Source of the DNA: Octopus bimaculoides
Lineage: Eukaryota
Assembly (NCBI RefSeq): GCF_001194135.2
Contig: NC_068989.1
Location: 58,205,163 to 58,253,300, forward strand
Direction: 5' to 3'
Length of the DNA: 48,138 nt
Shown one piece after another: positions 24,696-36,040 of this stretch. Numbering within the stretch: the first letter of the stretch is position 1; every line of letters begins with the position of its first letter. The notes below the pieces were generated by a model. It made no database searches. It saw only the letters and a program-made list of their open reading frames with translations, and was not told the origin of the DNA. A program made the position numbers and the translations under genes.

Positions 24696-26476
24696 CTAAA
24701 AAAAACAAAAAAACAAGAGAATATTCATTATAAATATATAAATCTTTATTTTTTTGTAAAACAAAATGCTCAGCCTTTTGAACCAGCAAGTATATTGAGC
24801 AGGTGAAATTTCATTTGACTATATTCCAGGAAGCTGCAAAAGTAGGTGGCCACATGACATCATTGCTTATGGCTGAAAATAATGATATTTCTACCAATTA
24901 GCAAACCATAAAACACACAAAAAAAAAATGTGGCTGCCTTTTTTGCATCACCCAGGAATATAGTCTAATGAAAATGAACCCACTGAAGTGTATGCTTGGG
25001 TTCAAAGGGTTAGCACTATAATGCCTATCGTTAATTATTCTTCCTGCTTCAAATACAAATTTTTTATAGGAAGCAGGTCGCAAAACTAAAATTTGGATGA
25101 ACTTTAACCCTTTAGCATTCAGATTATTCTGTCAAATGTTAATGCTTAATTATTCACATCAGTTTGAATTAATTTTGCATTATCTCATAACTTCAATATT
25201 TCAATGAGGGAATTGGTTGTTTCTAGAATGATATTGTAGAGTAGCTGTTAGATGCCAGATCTGGCTGGTTTCAGCATAAAACCAGGTAGAATATTTGGGT
25301 CAGATATGGCCAGATTAAATGCTAGTGGGTTAAGGATTTTTTACATTTGAATATTACTGCCTGTGAACAATTACAAAACCTGGTAGTTGTTACAAAATTA
25401 AATTTTTACATCAAGCATACTCCGTAACTGAGCTGGGGAAAAAGGGACAAATACACACATACACACTCAACAACTCCACACACCACTACACCATATGCCC
25501 ACTTCCAGACACAAGATATGCTCCTATTCTTGCACATACACCCCCAGACACTACTCCTTTTCTTAATTCCTCCCTGCACTCCGTCAGTTAAGAAGATGAG
25601 GGTTCCAGTTGATTTGATCAACAGAACAGCCAGCTTTTGAAATTAACTTGCAAGTAGCAGAGCAATCTGCAGACATGCGTATCCTCAACATAGTTCTCAG
25701 GGAGATTCAGCATGATGGGGAATGTGAAAAGGGTGATTATTAAAAATACAGGTACTACTCATTTTTGCTAGCTGAATGAACTCCCTATTCCTCCCTGCTT
25801 AACTGCATTCTCACCTAGCTCCTAACTCCTTGTTCATTTTTATCTCCTTACCACACAGCAAAAAACCTGCAGAAATTCCATAGGTTTCGCTAGTAAACAC
25901 TGAAAACTATGAGATAATGACAAATGGCAGGCAACTTAGAGAGGGGGGGTAGAGAGAGGAGAAAGGGAGGAAGAGACAGAAGAGGAAACTGGGTCAAATG
26001 TTGATTGAGATGATAGCAGTAAAAGATAAGAGGAAAAAAATTAACAAAAAAAAACAAGAAACAGCTGAATCGATACAGACTTATAATCTTACACATCATG
26101 CATATGTGTGTGAGCGCACATATACACACACCTATATACATACACTAACAACTATAACAGTTTGTTGTGGTGATGATGTTTGTAGAATGTTAGTTAATGG
26201 AGGTGGTGGTAGTTTTTATAAGCAGTAAAGAATTGACAGCAAGCTATTCTATTTTTGTGGACTGAAATTAAATATATATACTATGTGATTTAAGACATAT
26301 CTTGGGACAAGTAATTATTGTCAACCTATGTCATCAGTGTCACATCACTACCATAACGGCTGCCACCACAAATAACAAACGAACATCATCCCTGCCACCA
26401 CCACCATTTACTGTTATCTCTTATTTTCCTTCATTTCTCTCTTTCTTTCTTTCTCTCTCTCTCTTTCTTTCTATCT

Positions 26477-26515
<39 letters not shown>

Positions 26516-27488
26516 CCCTTTCAATTACTTCCCTGAACACGATGCAAAAAGCAAATAGAAATGAACAATTATAAAAATATACAGCTATATAATGAGCTTC
26601 CTGCAGCCTCTGTCTACCAAATTCCCTCAAAGGGCATTGGTTGATCTTGGGCTATAGAAGAAGACATTATCTCAAGGTGTCAGGCAGTGGGACTCGACCC
26701 AAAACCACATGGTTATGCTGTGAACTTCTTGTGCTTGCACATGGCTGGATGGATGGACTGATAGATGGATAGACAGATAGCTGAATAGATAGATGGATAG
26801 ATAGATGAATAGATAAATGGGTAGATGAATGGATAGATGGATAGATAGGTGGATGGATAGATGGATGGAATAGATAAGCAGTAAGATAGCAGGTTAATTT
26901 GAAAATGAATGGTGGTGGTGTTTCATGTGTGGTGTATAGAACTATGAAATTCTTACATTCTTTCGATTTCCTGTAATTCAAACTGCCTCATGGTTCCAGT
27001 AGACAAAATGGGAAAGGCAGAGAATGGTGAGAGAGATGCACTGCGACAGTCACTCTGACTCACAGGGCTTGCTCTTGTGGACAGCTATTTCTGTTCTGAT
27101 AGCAGTAAGCAGGGATATGGTCCGGGGACTGAAAACAGCACTGGGTGGGTGAATGGACGGATGAAGGACAAACAGACAGTTGGACCAACAAATAAATATT
27201 TTATATATGGATTACAGACTTCTAAATGTCTGAATATCATTTTTATTTCTTCAACATCTCTATTGATCAGTTGCGACAGTTAACATTTCTTGCTTCCAAT
27301 GTCTTCTTTATTTCTGGCACAAAAAAAAATCTTTTTATATGTATACATATGTATTATTCATTTAAAATATAGAGATGCCTATAATAGGACATCTACCAGC
27401 TAGAAAGAGCAGCAAAAAACTCTATACCACAAAAATAGGGATAATTTCGAAAGAGAATGAAAAATAAAAACATTTTTACCAGTCTATG

Positions 27489-27559
27489 CTCTGTACCATG
27501 GTTTCAAGCTATTTAGCAAGATAAAAGTATATCTAACTCGGGAGCTTTCGTCAGCAGAG
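27489..27559 (-). ncRNA. Type-I hammerhead ribozyme, intact, sense to the MARVEL pre-mRNA
   Basis: CTCTG-CTGACGA-AAGCT[32 nt]AGCTT-GAAA-CCATG-GTA-CAGAG. Stem III is the palindrome ACCATGGT and the GUA site is at 27496-27494. Confidence 0.85.
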
Positions 27560-27971
27560 TGCCGGATTAGCGTGTAAACACGAGCCAAGGAAAGAACCTG
27601 ACTCCACTTTACATACTTAATTTCTCAAGACTTAACCACGCATGTGTGCATTAACTAATCGGCAGTAAATGTAAAATAAATGCCGATTTTCTTTCAGAAA
27701 TTAGCCNNNNNNNNNNNNNNNNNNNNNNNNNNNNNNNNNNNNNNNNNNNNNNNNNNNNNNNNNNNNNNNNNNNNNNNNNNNNNNNNNNNNNNNNNNNNNN
27801 NNTAATAATGATATTATATTTTTTGGCTAATTTCTGAAAGAAAATCGGCATTTATTTTACATTTACTGCCGATTAGTTAATGCGCACATGCGTGGTTAAG
27901 TCTTGAGAAATTAAGTATGTAAAGTGGAGTCAGGTTCTTTCCTTGGCTCGTGTTTACACGCTAATCCGGCA

Positions 27972-28042
27972 CTCTGCTGACGAAAGCTCCCGAGTTAGAT
28001 ATACTTTTATCTTGCTAAATAGCTTGAAACCATGGTACAAAG
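27972..28042 (+). ncRNA. Type-I hammerhead ribozyme (right arm; one stem I mismatch)
   Basis: Same as the left-arm motif except that the stem I 3' strand is CAAAG (mismatch at 28040). Confidence 0.8.
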
Positions 28043-28548
28043 CATAGACTGGTAAAAATGTTTTTATTTTTCATTCTCTTTCGAAATTATCCCTATTTTT
28101 GTGGTATAGAGTTTTTTGCTGCTCTTTCTAGCTGGTAGATGTCCTATTATAGGCATCTCTATATTTTAAATGAATAATATATATATGTAGTCTATTGACT
28201 AATTTTTTATTCTCGCTGTACCACTGGTGGTAAATTAAATTTCTAAAATTTCTTTTGCTGCCCTTTGATTAATAATGATGTATACATATGTATGTAGTTA
28301 TATGTGTATGCCATCATCATCATCATCATTTTAGCATCTATTTTACCATGTGTGCAAGAGCCAGATGGAATTCATTGCTGTGGATTTGCTACAGCTGGAT
28401 ACCTTCTTGTCACCAATCTACACTTGTTTCCAAGCACAGTAATAATTCCTCGTAACCAGATATGTATTTTCACAGAAGACTGGCAACAAACGATATTGCT
28501 GGTATGTTGATGACATTCATTTGGAACAGTCATGTAATGTCAAGACAT

Positions 28549-28584
<36 letters not shown>

Positions 28585-28610
28585 ACACACACATACATAC
28601 ATACATACAT

Positions 28611-28772
28611 AGGTGCAGGCATGGCTGTTTAGTAAGAAGAGTTTGTTTCCCGACCATATGGTTCAGGGTTCAGTCCCACTGCATGGACCCTGGGCAAGTG
28701 TCTTCTACTATAGCCTCAGGCCAACCAAAATCTTATGAGTGTATTTGGTAAATAGAAACTGAAAGAATCTCG

Positions 28773-28812
<40 letters not shown>

Positions 28813-29190
28813 TATATATATTATCTTTTACTTGTTTCAGCCATTAGGCTGCAGCTAGGTTGGGGCACCATCTTCAAGAAATTTTTAGTCAACTGAATAC
28901 ACCCCTGTATGCCCACTTGGTACTTATTTTACTGATCTTTTAGGCAAAACTGCTAATTTACGGAGACATAAGCACCTCAGCACCAGTTGTCAAATGGTAG
29001 TGGGGGACAAACAAAGACACACGCACTCACACACACACACACACATTCAATGGCTTCTTTTCTGTTTCCATCTAACAAATCCACTTACAAGACTCTGGTT
29101 GGCCCAAAGCAATAGCAGAAGACACCTGCCCAAGATGCCACACAATGGGGCTGAACCCAGAACCATGTGATGGGAAAGTAAGCTTCTTAC
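28611..29190. mobile_element. Adjacent tRNA-derived SINE copies in opposite orientations
   Basis: Plus-strand head at 28611-28770 and a minus-strand copy ending near 29190; same family as 3330-3750. Confidence 0.7.
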
Positions 29191-29442
29191 CACACAGTCA
29201 CGTGTGTGTGTGTGCATGCGCACGCATGCATGATGTATGCATGTGGTTGTGTAAAAGAGAACTACAACAACACAGCAGTTGGACCAGACTGAGTAGCAGA
29301 TAAGTAAGTTTCATTAAAGATATGAATAAATAATGAGAAAATGACTATTGAGAATAGAGAGAAGAGATAATATGATATTAAAAGAGGTAGGAGTGGACAG
29401 TGAAATGTCAATGAGTATATTCAAGAGTTAAGTCGCACTTAC

Positions 29443-29577
29443 CACTGATAAAATCAGTTGCTGTATAGTTTGGTGAGTAACGCCCACTTGCATTTTCTCA
29501 TAAAAATCAAATGCACTGGCCACAAGGGAAGCTCCAACAAGGTAGAGAAATGCGAAAATAGAGTAAGCGATCATGTC
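29443..29577 (-). CDS. MARVEL-domain protein, coding exon 3 (TM3)
   Basis: tttttctccttctcccag|GAC...GTG|gtaagt; DMIAYSIFAFLYLVGASLVASAFDFYEKMQVGVTHQTIQQLILSV; 135 nt, phase 0-0. Confidence 0.9.
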
Positions 29578-31309
29578 CTGGGAGAAGGAGAAAAACGTAT
29601 TTATAAAACAGAACTAACAGTATAATAAAGCAAATAAAATAATGTTGCTATGACAGAAAAAGTGAAGTACTGAATAAATTAAAACATGCTGGGAAATTAT
29701 GTCAGACAAGTGTACAGTTAGTAATGCTGTTGTTTGTCAAGGTTTAATAAGAAATGAGGATGTGGATGAAATAGCCTTCCTTTTTTTTTTTTTTTTTGTG
29801 TTTTTGGTCAATAATATTGATTTCCTTGGACTAGGTTATACAAGGCTAAGTGACACCTACTATCCCTTTTGATATCAACCTGCCTAAAGGTAGCAAGCTG
29901 ATAGAACTGTTAGCATGTTGGGAAAATTGCTTAGAAGCATTTGGGCCATCTTTATGCTCCGAGTTCAAATTCCATTGAGGTTGACTTGGCCTTTCATCAC
30001 CTCAGTGTCAAAAAATAAGCACCAGTTGAGTGCTAGGGTCAATGTAATCAACTTACCCACTCTCTCAAAATTGCTGGACTTGGGCTAAAATTTGAAACCA
30101 ATATTAAGCTACCTAAAGGTGGCAAGTTGGCAGAATTGTTAGCATGCCAGGCAAAAAGGTTAGCAGTATATTGTCCAGTTTTACATTCTGAGTTCAAATT
30201 CTGCTGAGGGTCAATAAAATAAGTACCAGTTGAGTGCTGGGGTCGATGTAATCGACTTACCCCCTCTCCAAAACTTTCTGGCTTTGTGCAGTCTAAGACT
30301 GCACTTAGTTCTTATGACACAAATACACTGTTTAAAAGTCACCTAAATTATAAACTTCCATCAAAATTTCATGTTAATATATGTTCCAAACACTATCTTA
30401 ATAATGATCAAGTTATTTGACTAAATTCTTCATTATTTTCAAAGTTAATTGAACCAAAAGCAGTGTATTTCAACAGAAATATTGATTTCGAATTTTTGCA
30501 CAAGGCCAACAATTTTGGAGAAGGAGTAAGTCAATTGCATTGACCCCAGTACTAAACTGGCACTTATTTTATTATCTTTGAAAGGATGAAAAGCAAAGTT
30601 GACTTTGGCAGATTTTGAACTCAGAATGTGAAGACAGACAAGGTGTCACTAAGCATTTTACCTGGCTAACAACTCTACCAGTTCACCAGCAACAAAAACA
30701 TTAGTAGTGCATAATTTCCTCAGCTCTAGATTTGATGAAAAGCCAAGCTGAAAATCCTAGTTAGTCAAGAAGAAAAACATTTTCAGCAGAGTTGTCAAAT
30801 GGTAGAATAATGAACTAATTACAGTATTTAATTTCGTTTGTATATATTCCAAGTCCAAAGTCTGCTTTGGGAGGCAAAAATTACCTGAAATTTCTGTAAG
30901 ATTTAGAAAATAAGAACCAGTCATGTAATAAATACCTTTTAATTGGCTCTAGCTCTTCCCAAAGAACTTGAGATCCCTAAACCATTGACCAACATTAAGA
31001 ACTTATGAACTTTGAATTATCTTTAGAATGAAGACTGAGTTTAAATGTCTGTGATGAAATGAACTCCACTAAAGGTACCCAAAGCCTGGATGCTATTATT
31101 AAACAGAATGACAAGTTAAGTTTACCCCCTGAACAACTGCAACAGACACAGTGCTTTTAATGGGTTTTCATTTATCCAGTTTCACTTACAGGCTTCTGAA
31201 AAGAAGGTAAGATTACCTGTTTCTGAAAAGATTACCTTCATAATCTTGAGGAAAATATTTGAATCTGCATGTCTTGCACTTCAGATATTTTTTTTTTTAA
31301 TTTCATTGT

Positions 31310-31920
31310 AGGTGCAGGCATGATTGTGTGTTAAGAAGCTTGCTTCCCAACCACATGGTTCTGGGTTCAGTTCCACTGCATGGCACCTTGGGCAAGTGTC
31401 TTCTACTATAGCCTTGGGCCAACCAAATTGTGAGTAGATTTGGTAGATGGAAACTGAAAGAAACCCATCATATATATATATATATGATGGGTTTCTTTAG
31501 CTAGCTGCCAACACTTTTCTCTGCAAAATAGGGGTAGTTTATCCTGTTCAGGCTATATTATTAGCATTATCCTGCGTTTGAGAATTTAAAATCACTTCTT
31601 TAACTTTCTAAGACATCTCAACGCTTCTAAAAGCAAACTTCGTTTGTTTGTTTACGTTCATAGTAATTTGAATTTGATATATATATATATGGGTATATAT
31701 ATACCTACATGTATGTATATATGTGTTTTTGTGTCAGTGTTTGTCCCCCATCACCACTTGACAACCAGTGTTGGTGTGTGTTTATGTCCCTGTAACATTG
31801 TGATTCAGCAAAAGAGACCAATAGAATAAGAACTAGGTTTTTGGAGTCAATTTTTTCAACTAAAACTCTCCAAGGCAGTGCCCCAACATGGCCATAGTCA
31901 AGTAAAAGGTAAAAGATAAA
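31310..31920 (+). mobile_element. tRNA-derived SINE, interrupted
   Basis: A/B-box head at 31310-31380 and tail at 31730-31920 match the 3330-3750 family. Confidence 0.7.
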
Positions 31921-32497
31921 AAATCATCATCATCATGGCATAGCTGAGAAGCTTGCTTCCCAATCATGTGGTCTCAGGGTCAGTCCCATTCACAACACTT
32001 TGGGTAAGTGTCTTCTATTGTAGCCCTGAGCAAACCAAAGCTTGTCAGAGTATTTGATAGACAGAGACTGATTAAAGTGTTTTCTGAAGAGTGTTCTGGG
32101 ACAAGACATAATAAGGAAACTGAGATAGGCTGGGGTTTAGTCAAAGGTGAGTTCTGTGTGAACAGAACTATGATCAAAGTTGTCTAAAAATAAACTTCCT
32201 TTTTTTTTTTGAGCTGGCTAGGTATAATTTGAGATTTGGTTGCTATTTCTAGCAGGTCAAGGGACCATTTAAAGGTTCCATCATTGGTTCATTCAAATGG
32301 TTTTATATAAGGTGTGAATGTGTGTCTGTGGCTTGTTACCTGTAATAACTAGTATCTTATGGCCTACTGGTAAATAAGTGTGTGCTTCAGGTTTTGCTTT
32401 TTGCATGCCAAATGCATGTTCACAGATGGATAGAAGAAGAAGGAAGATGAGAAAAAGGAAAGAAGGAAACAGAAAATGGTAGTTTGTGAATACTTAC

Positions 32498-32692
32498 AAG
32501 GAAGTACCAATTGATGGGAAATGCACTGGAAAGTCCAATAGCATGGAATGTCCAGACAACAAAACTGCTGAGCAAAGTAAGAACCAAAATGAAAACCATG
32601 ATACGGAAATGCCAGCACAGTGGCAAAGACAGGTAACCTCCCTCATGTCTTCCAGACGTTGTTAAACACACAAGTGACACCACAGAAAATAT
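32498..32692 (-). CDS. MARVEL-domain protein, coding exon 2 (end of TM1, loop, TM2)
   Basis: ttttttttcag|ATA...CTT|gtaagt; IFSVVSLVCLTTSGRHEGGYLSLPLCWHFRIMVFILVLTLLSSFVVWTFHAIGLSSAFPINWYFL; 195 nt, phase 0-0. Confidence 0.9.
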
Positions 32693-33898
32693 CTGAAAAA
32701 AAAAACCATTTATATTTAGATATTATTACAAATTTCATAATAGTTTATGAACAAGTTGCTAATTTTTTTTAATTTTTAGAAATTTTTGATGGCCAAGTCA
32801 GAGAAAGAATGGTAACACATGTGATTTCTTTATCAGGTTCTCCACAATTGGTAGAGAAAATAGAAGAACTCATGAACTTTGAATTATCTTTAGAATGAAG
32901 ACCGAGTTTAAATGTCTGTGATTATAATACAATCGCACCTTATAAATTGATGTGTTATGCTTGAGTGTTTTCTGTTCACATTAACCATGAACAAAGATAT
33001 AAAACGGGGTCTTACGTTCAATTTTATCTAACATCCCAGGAATTCTCAGTTGGTATTAAGTTAAAAAAAATAAAAAAGGACAGCTCGGTTTGAGCAAATT
33101 TACTACATGAAGGAAGATGATTGAATTCTTAGAAGCAACCCATATGACTAGCTGAAGGAATACATTAAAAGATGTGCTTTATCTTTCAATCAACATTCTA
33201 ACTGTGGCTTTAACATCATTTTATGAAATAGAAAATATTGTTTGAAATTTGATTGTTCTAAAGAAGAGATATGTACAGATTAACTATTGTGAAAACTGAG
33301 TAAAAAGGATTAAGTAATGTCCTGTAAATTTGTATCAACTTGATAGCAGGGAGCTCTCTTATACTGTAAGATACTGTAACACTATGCTCTTATTATCTGA
33401 CAGTAAAGCAAAGCCACTTTTCATACTGATATCCATGTACTGAATGGGACGTCACAGTCTGAATTTAGGGTTATTGCCTTCTTAGATGGTTCAGAAGATC
33501 ACATTTCACATATAGGTTGTATTTTTTTGCAAGGTTTCTATAGCCAAATGCCTTTCCTTACACCAACTACTTTGAAGATATATTTTATAGACAGACAAGC
33601 ACTAAAATGTTTCTCATTTCCTTGTAAAGCCTACAGAATCCTCTCTACGATGTCTCTGTTCACCAATAACTTCAATGAATGCACAGGTTGCATTGCTTCG
33701 TGGTACAAGCACAAACAAAAGGAAGTAGTCATTGATATTTTTAGGCAAGTATAAAAAAAGTCGTTCAAATAGACAATTTTTTATTTATTTATTTTTCTAT
33801 CTGTTAAGATTGTTTGTTGCAATTGTAGTAGACATGTTTGAGTTGTCATTTTTCCATTCACCTCCAGTCGAGATCGATATTGTACCAAACAAACAAAC

Positions 33899-34063
33899 TT
33901 CCGTAACTTTCAAATCGTCCGCTAACATCATAGCGTACTTATGTAACAAGTACACGTTTGTAAAAGCCACATTTTTGTATAGATTCGTTTCATATTGTAC
34001 AGGTTGATAGTATCTATGCTTGAATAACTCTATGAAACCCGACTCAATTCTTCTGTCTATCAT
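33899..34063 (-). CDS. MARVEL-domain protein, probable first coding exon
   Basis: MIDRRIESG...MMLADDLKVTE|gtttgt. Joining gives LKVTE-IFSVVSLVC, the usual MARVEL TM1 pattern. The donor is weak and there are in-frame stops upstream of the ATG. Confidence 0.65.
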
Positions 34064-35016
34064 TTGTCGATGTAACCATTCACCCTTGCATTTTCATTTT
34101 CACTTTGAGCATTTTCAACTCATATGACGAACCGACTTTGACATGTTTGCTTTTGTTATTCTCGTTAAATCAACACATAAAATTGACACAGCTAGGGTGG
34201 CAGTTTACCTTTTAATTCAATTTAAAGTTATTGAAAATGTGATAATGCAAGGATTCCCAAGATAGCAGAATCAGATATTTCGCAGACAGTAAAAACTTCT
34301 GTCACTAGGTAGCAATTGTTTCAATGTTTACATTTTTTGCCTCAGTTGTATTAAGCTTCTTTCCATCAATAAACCTCGCCCTTTGAGATGATTTTGAAAT
34401 ATGATGTAATACTAAGTGTTTTCATAATATCTTCCCGAATGAAAAATAACTCACTATCGCTATCAATTGTTGGGTAAGTCCATTAACAGAACTAAAAAGA
34501 AAAATATCTGACGAATTATTTGGCAGGGTGATATTGCTGATACTATTTAATAGAATTTATTTCTTTGTCAATTTTTTTCATATGTAACATTAGTTTTCAA
34601 TATAGCTTTGCTGAAAACTCTCTTAACGTTAAGATGTCGTTTATCAACAAAATGGCACGGTAGTGATTCGAACCCCAACCGCAAGATATCCAGGGTGTGA
34701 ACCGCAACAGTTTCACGTGATTGATCTATAAATGGAACAATCAGCGTGAAAAAGTGGCGCGATATAACTCTTCGGATGATCAAAAATTCATACCCGTTTT
34801 TACCCTTTGGTGAACGGTAATGGCACAAGAAAAAGTCGTACAAGTGAAAATAAAGGTAAAAATGACACAATAAACTTATTGAAATATACACTATTGGCAA
34901 CAGAAGTAGAATAAAGTTATATATATATATATATCCACGCATATACGAGCGTATACAGAATTGCATTCACCAAATGTATACTCACCTAAACATGTATGTA
35001 CATGTTTATATGACGC

Positions 35017-35053
<37 letters not shown>

Positions 35054-35725
35054 CAAATAATAAATGAATATATGCATATATACGTACAGGTATGTGCATA
35101 CCTACGTCCACCTGTATATATAGGTGCATATCTGGGTACAGGAGATTGCAAACAAAACGTAGACAAAAAAATAATAATAACCAGAATACAGAACACACAC
35201 AGGCCACATAGAGAACATTTTCCTTCATCAGCTACCCCCATTCTAACACAGGCGTTTCGAAGAGTAGGGCAGGACTCATCGTTAAAATGGCACTTCCCAT
35301 CTATCACAAATTAAACTGTACCATGGAGGAATGTAGTGGCGGACAGAAAACAAGACAGGAAACAAACGGAAAAGAAAACAAGACAGGAAAACAAACGGAA
35401 AAGGCTATACAGCCAGACGTGAAAATTATGTATATGTGGAACGCTGTGAAGCAACGAACTGGAAACGGGACGAAGTAAGTTCGTATGTTTGCTTGGCGAA
35501 AGCCAAGGAAGAAAAGAATTAGTACGTGGACACATGTGACTACGAGGGGTAAGGAGGAGAGAGTGGTAGAGGGAGAAGCAAGGGGAGGAAGTAGAAAATA
35601 GGTGAGCAAAGAGAGGAAGAGAGAAATATAGTAGTAACAGAACGAAGAACGAGAGGGGGGAAAAAGTTATAGAGATAGAGATAGATAGTGTCGCGTCAGA
35701 AAATAAAAAGTTCAAAACTACTTAC

Positions 35726-36040
35726 AGGGAATGACGCACACACACGAGTGAGTGGAAAAACGAAAGAAGAGCACTCAACTAATTTATTGGGAGTTACATG
35801 TATGGATCGAATTTGTTGGTACTCTTGGGTTTCAAGCGTGAGGCTAGTCATCAGCCATTTTGAATTTGAATGACAGAAGTTGATTGTTGTTACCGTAAGG
35901 TGGGCTGCGATTGGTCGAGGAAGGTCACGCGGTGTCGTGGTTTGATGTTGGTATATGGGTAACGTTTAATTGGAAAATACCGCATGGCGAACAGGAAATT
36001 GACCACGTGGGGGGACAGGAAATAGAGCACGTGGCGATCG
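35726..36040 (-). promoter_or_regulatory. Probable promoter and non-coding first exon (about 35871-35726) of the MARVEL gene
   Basis: Inr-like TCATTC (35873-35868); YY1-like AAAATGGC (35861-35854); CCAAT boxes at 35910 and 35969; CACGTG at 36004 and 36028; donor CCT|GTAAGT at 35725; locally CpG-rich. Confidence 0.55.

Larger units (their letters stand above)
27352..28179. repeat. Large foldback inverted repeat with 355-bp arms, one hammerhead per arm, inside the last MARVEL intron
   Basis: Arms 27352-27706 and 27825-28179; I see two mismatches; the spacer is mostly an N gap. Confidence 0.85.

Noticed and set aside
31192-31206. Plus-strand 15-nt microexon (cttacag|GCTTCTGAAAAGAAG|gtaaga)
   Set aside because: I found no other plus-strand coding exons to join it to, and it is antisense to the MARVEL intron.
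32426-32632. Plus-strand exon-like segment (cacag|ATG...CAG|gtaacc) with a single in-frame TAG, tempting as an editing-rescued exon
   Set aside because: It is the antisense shadow of the MARVEL exon 32692-32498, which has better splice sites and a recognisable protein.
33016-33151. Minus-strand exon candidate ending IPGMLDKIE, resembling a MARVEL start
   Set aside because: It has an upstream in-frame stop and ends in phase 1, which does not fit the phase-0 next exon.
34346-34473. Plus-strand segment with good acceptor and GTAAGT donor
   Set aside because: It has stops in all three frames and no partner exons. An antisense non-coding exon cannot be excluded but is unsupported.
35195-35300. 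CTGATGA and CGATGA...GAAA words on the minus strand
   Set aside because: There are no correctly placed stems II and III. Similar isolated CTGANGA hits near 8986, 40105 and 40585 fail the same way.
35885-35975. ER-stress element (CCAAT-N9-CCACG)
   Set aside because: The spacing and second half-site do not match the consensus.
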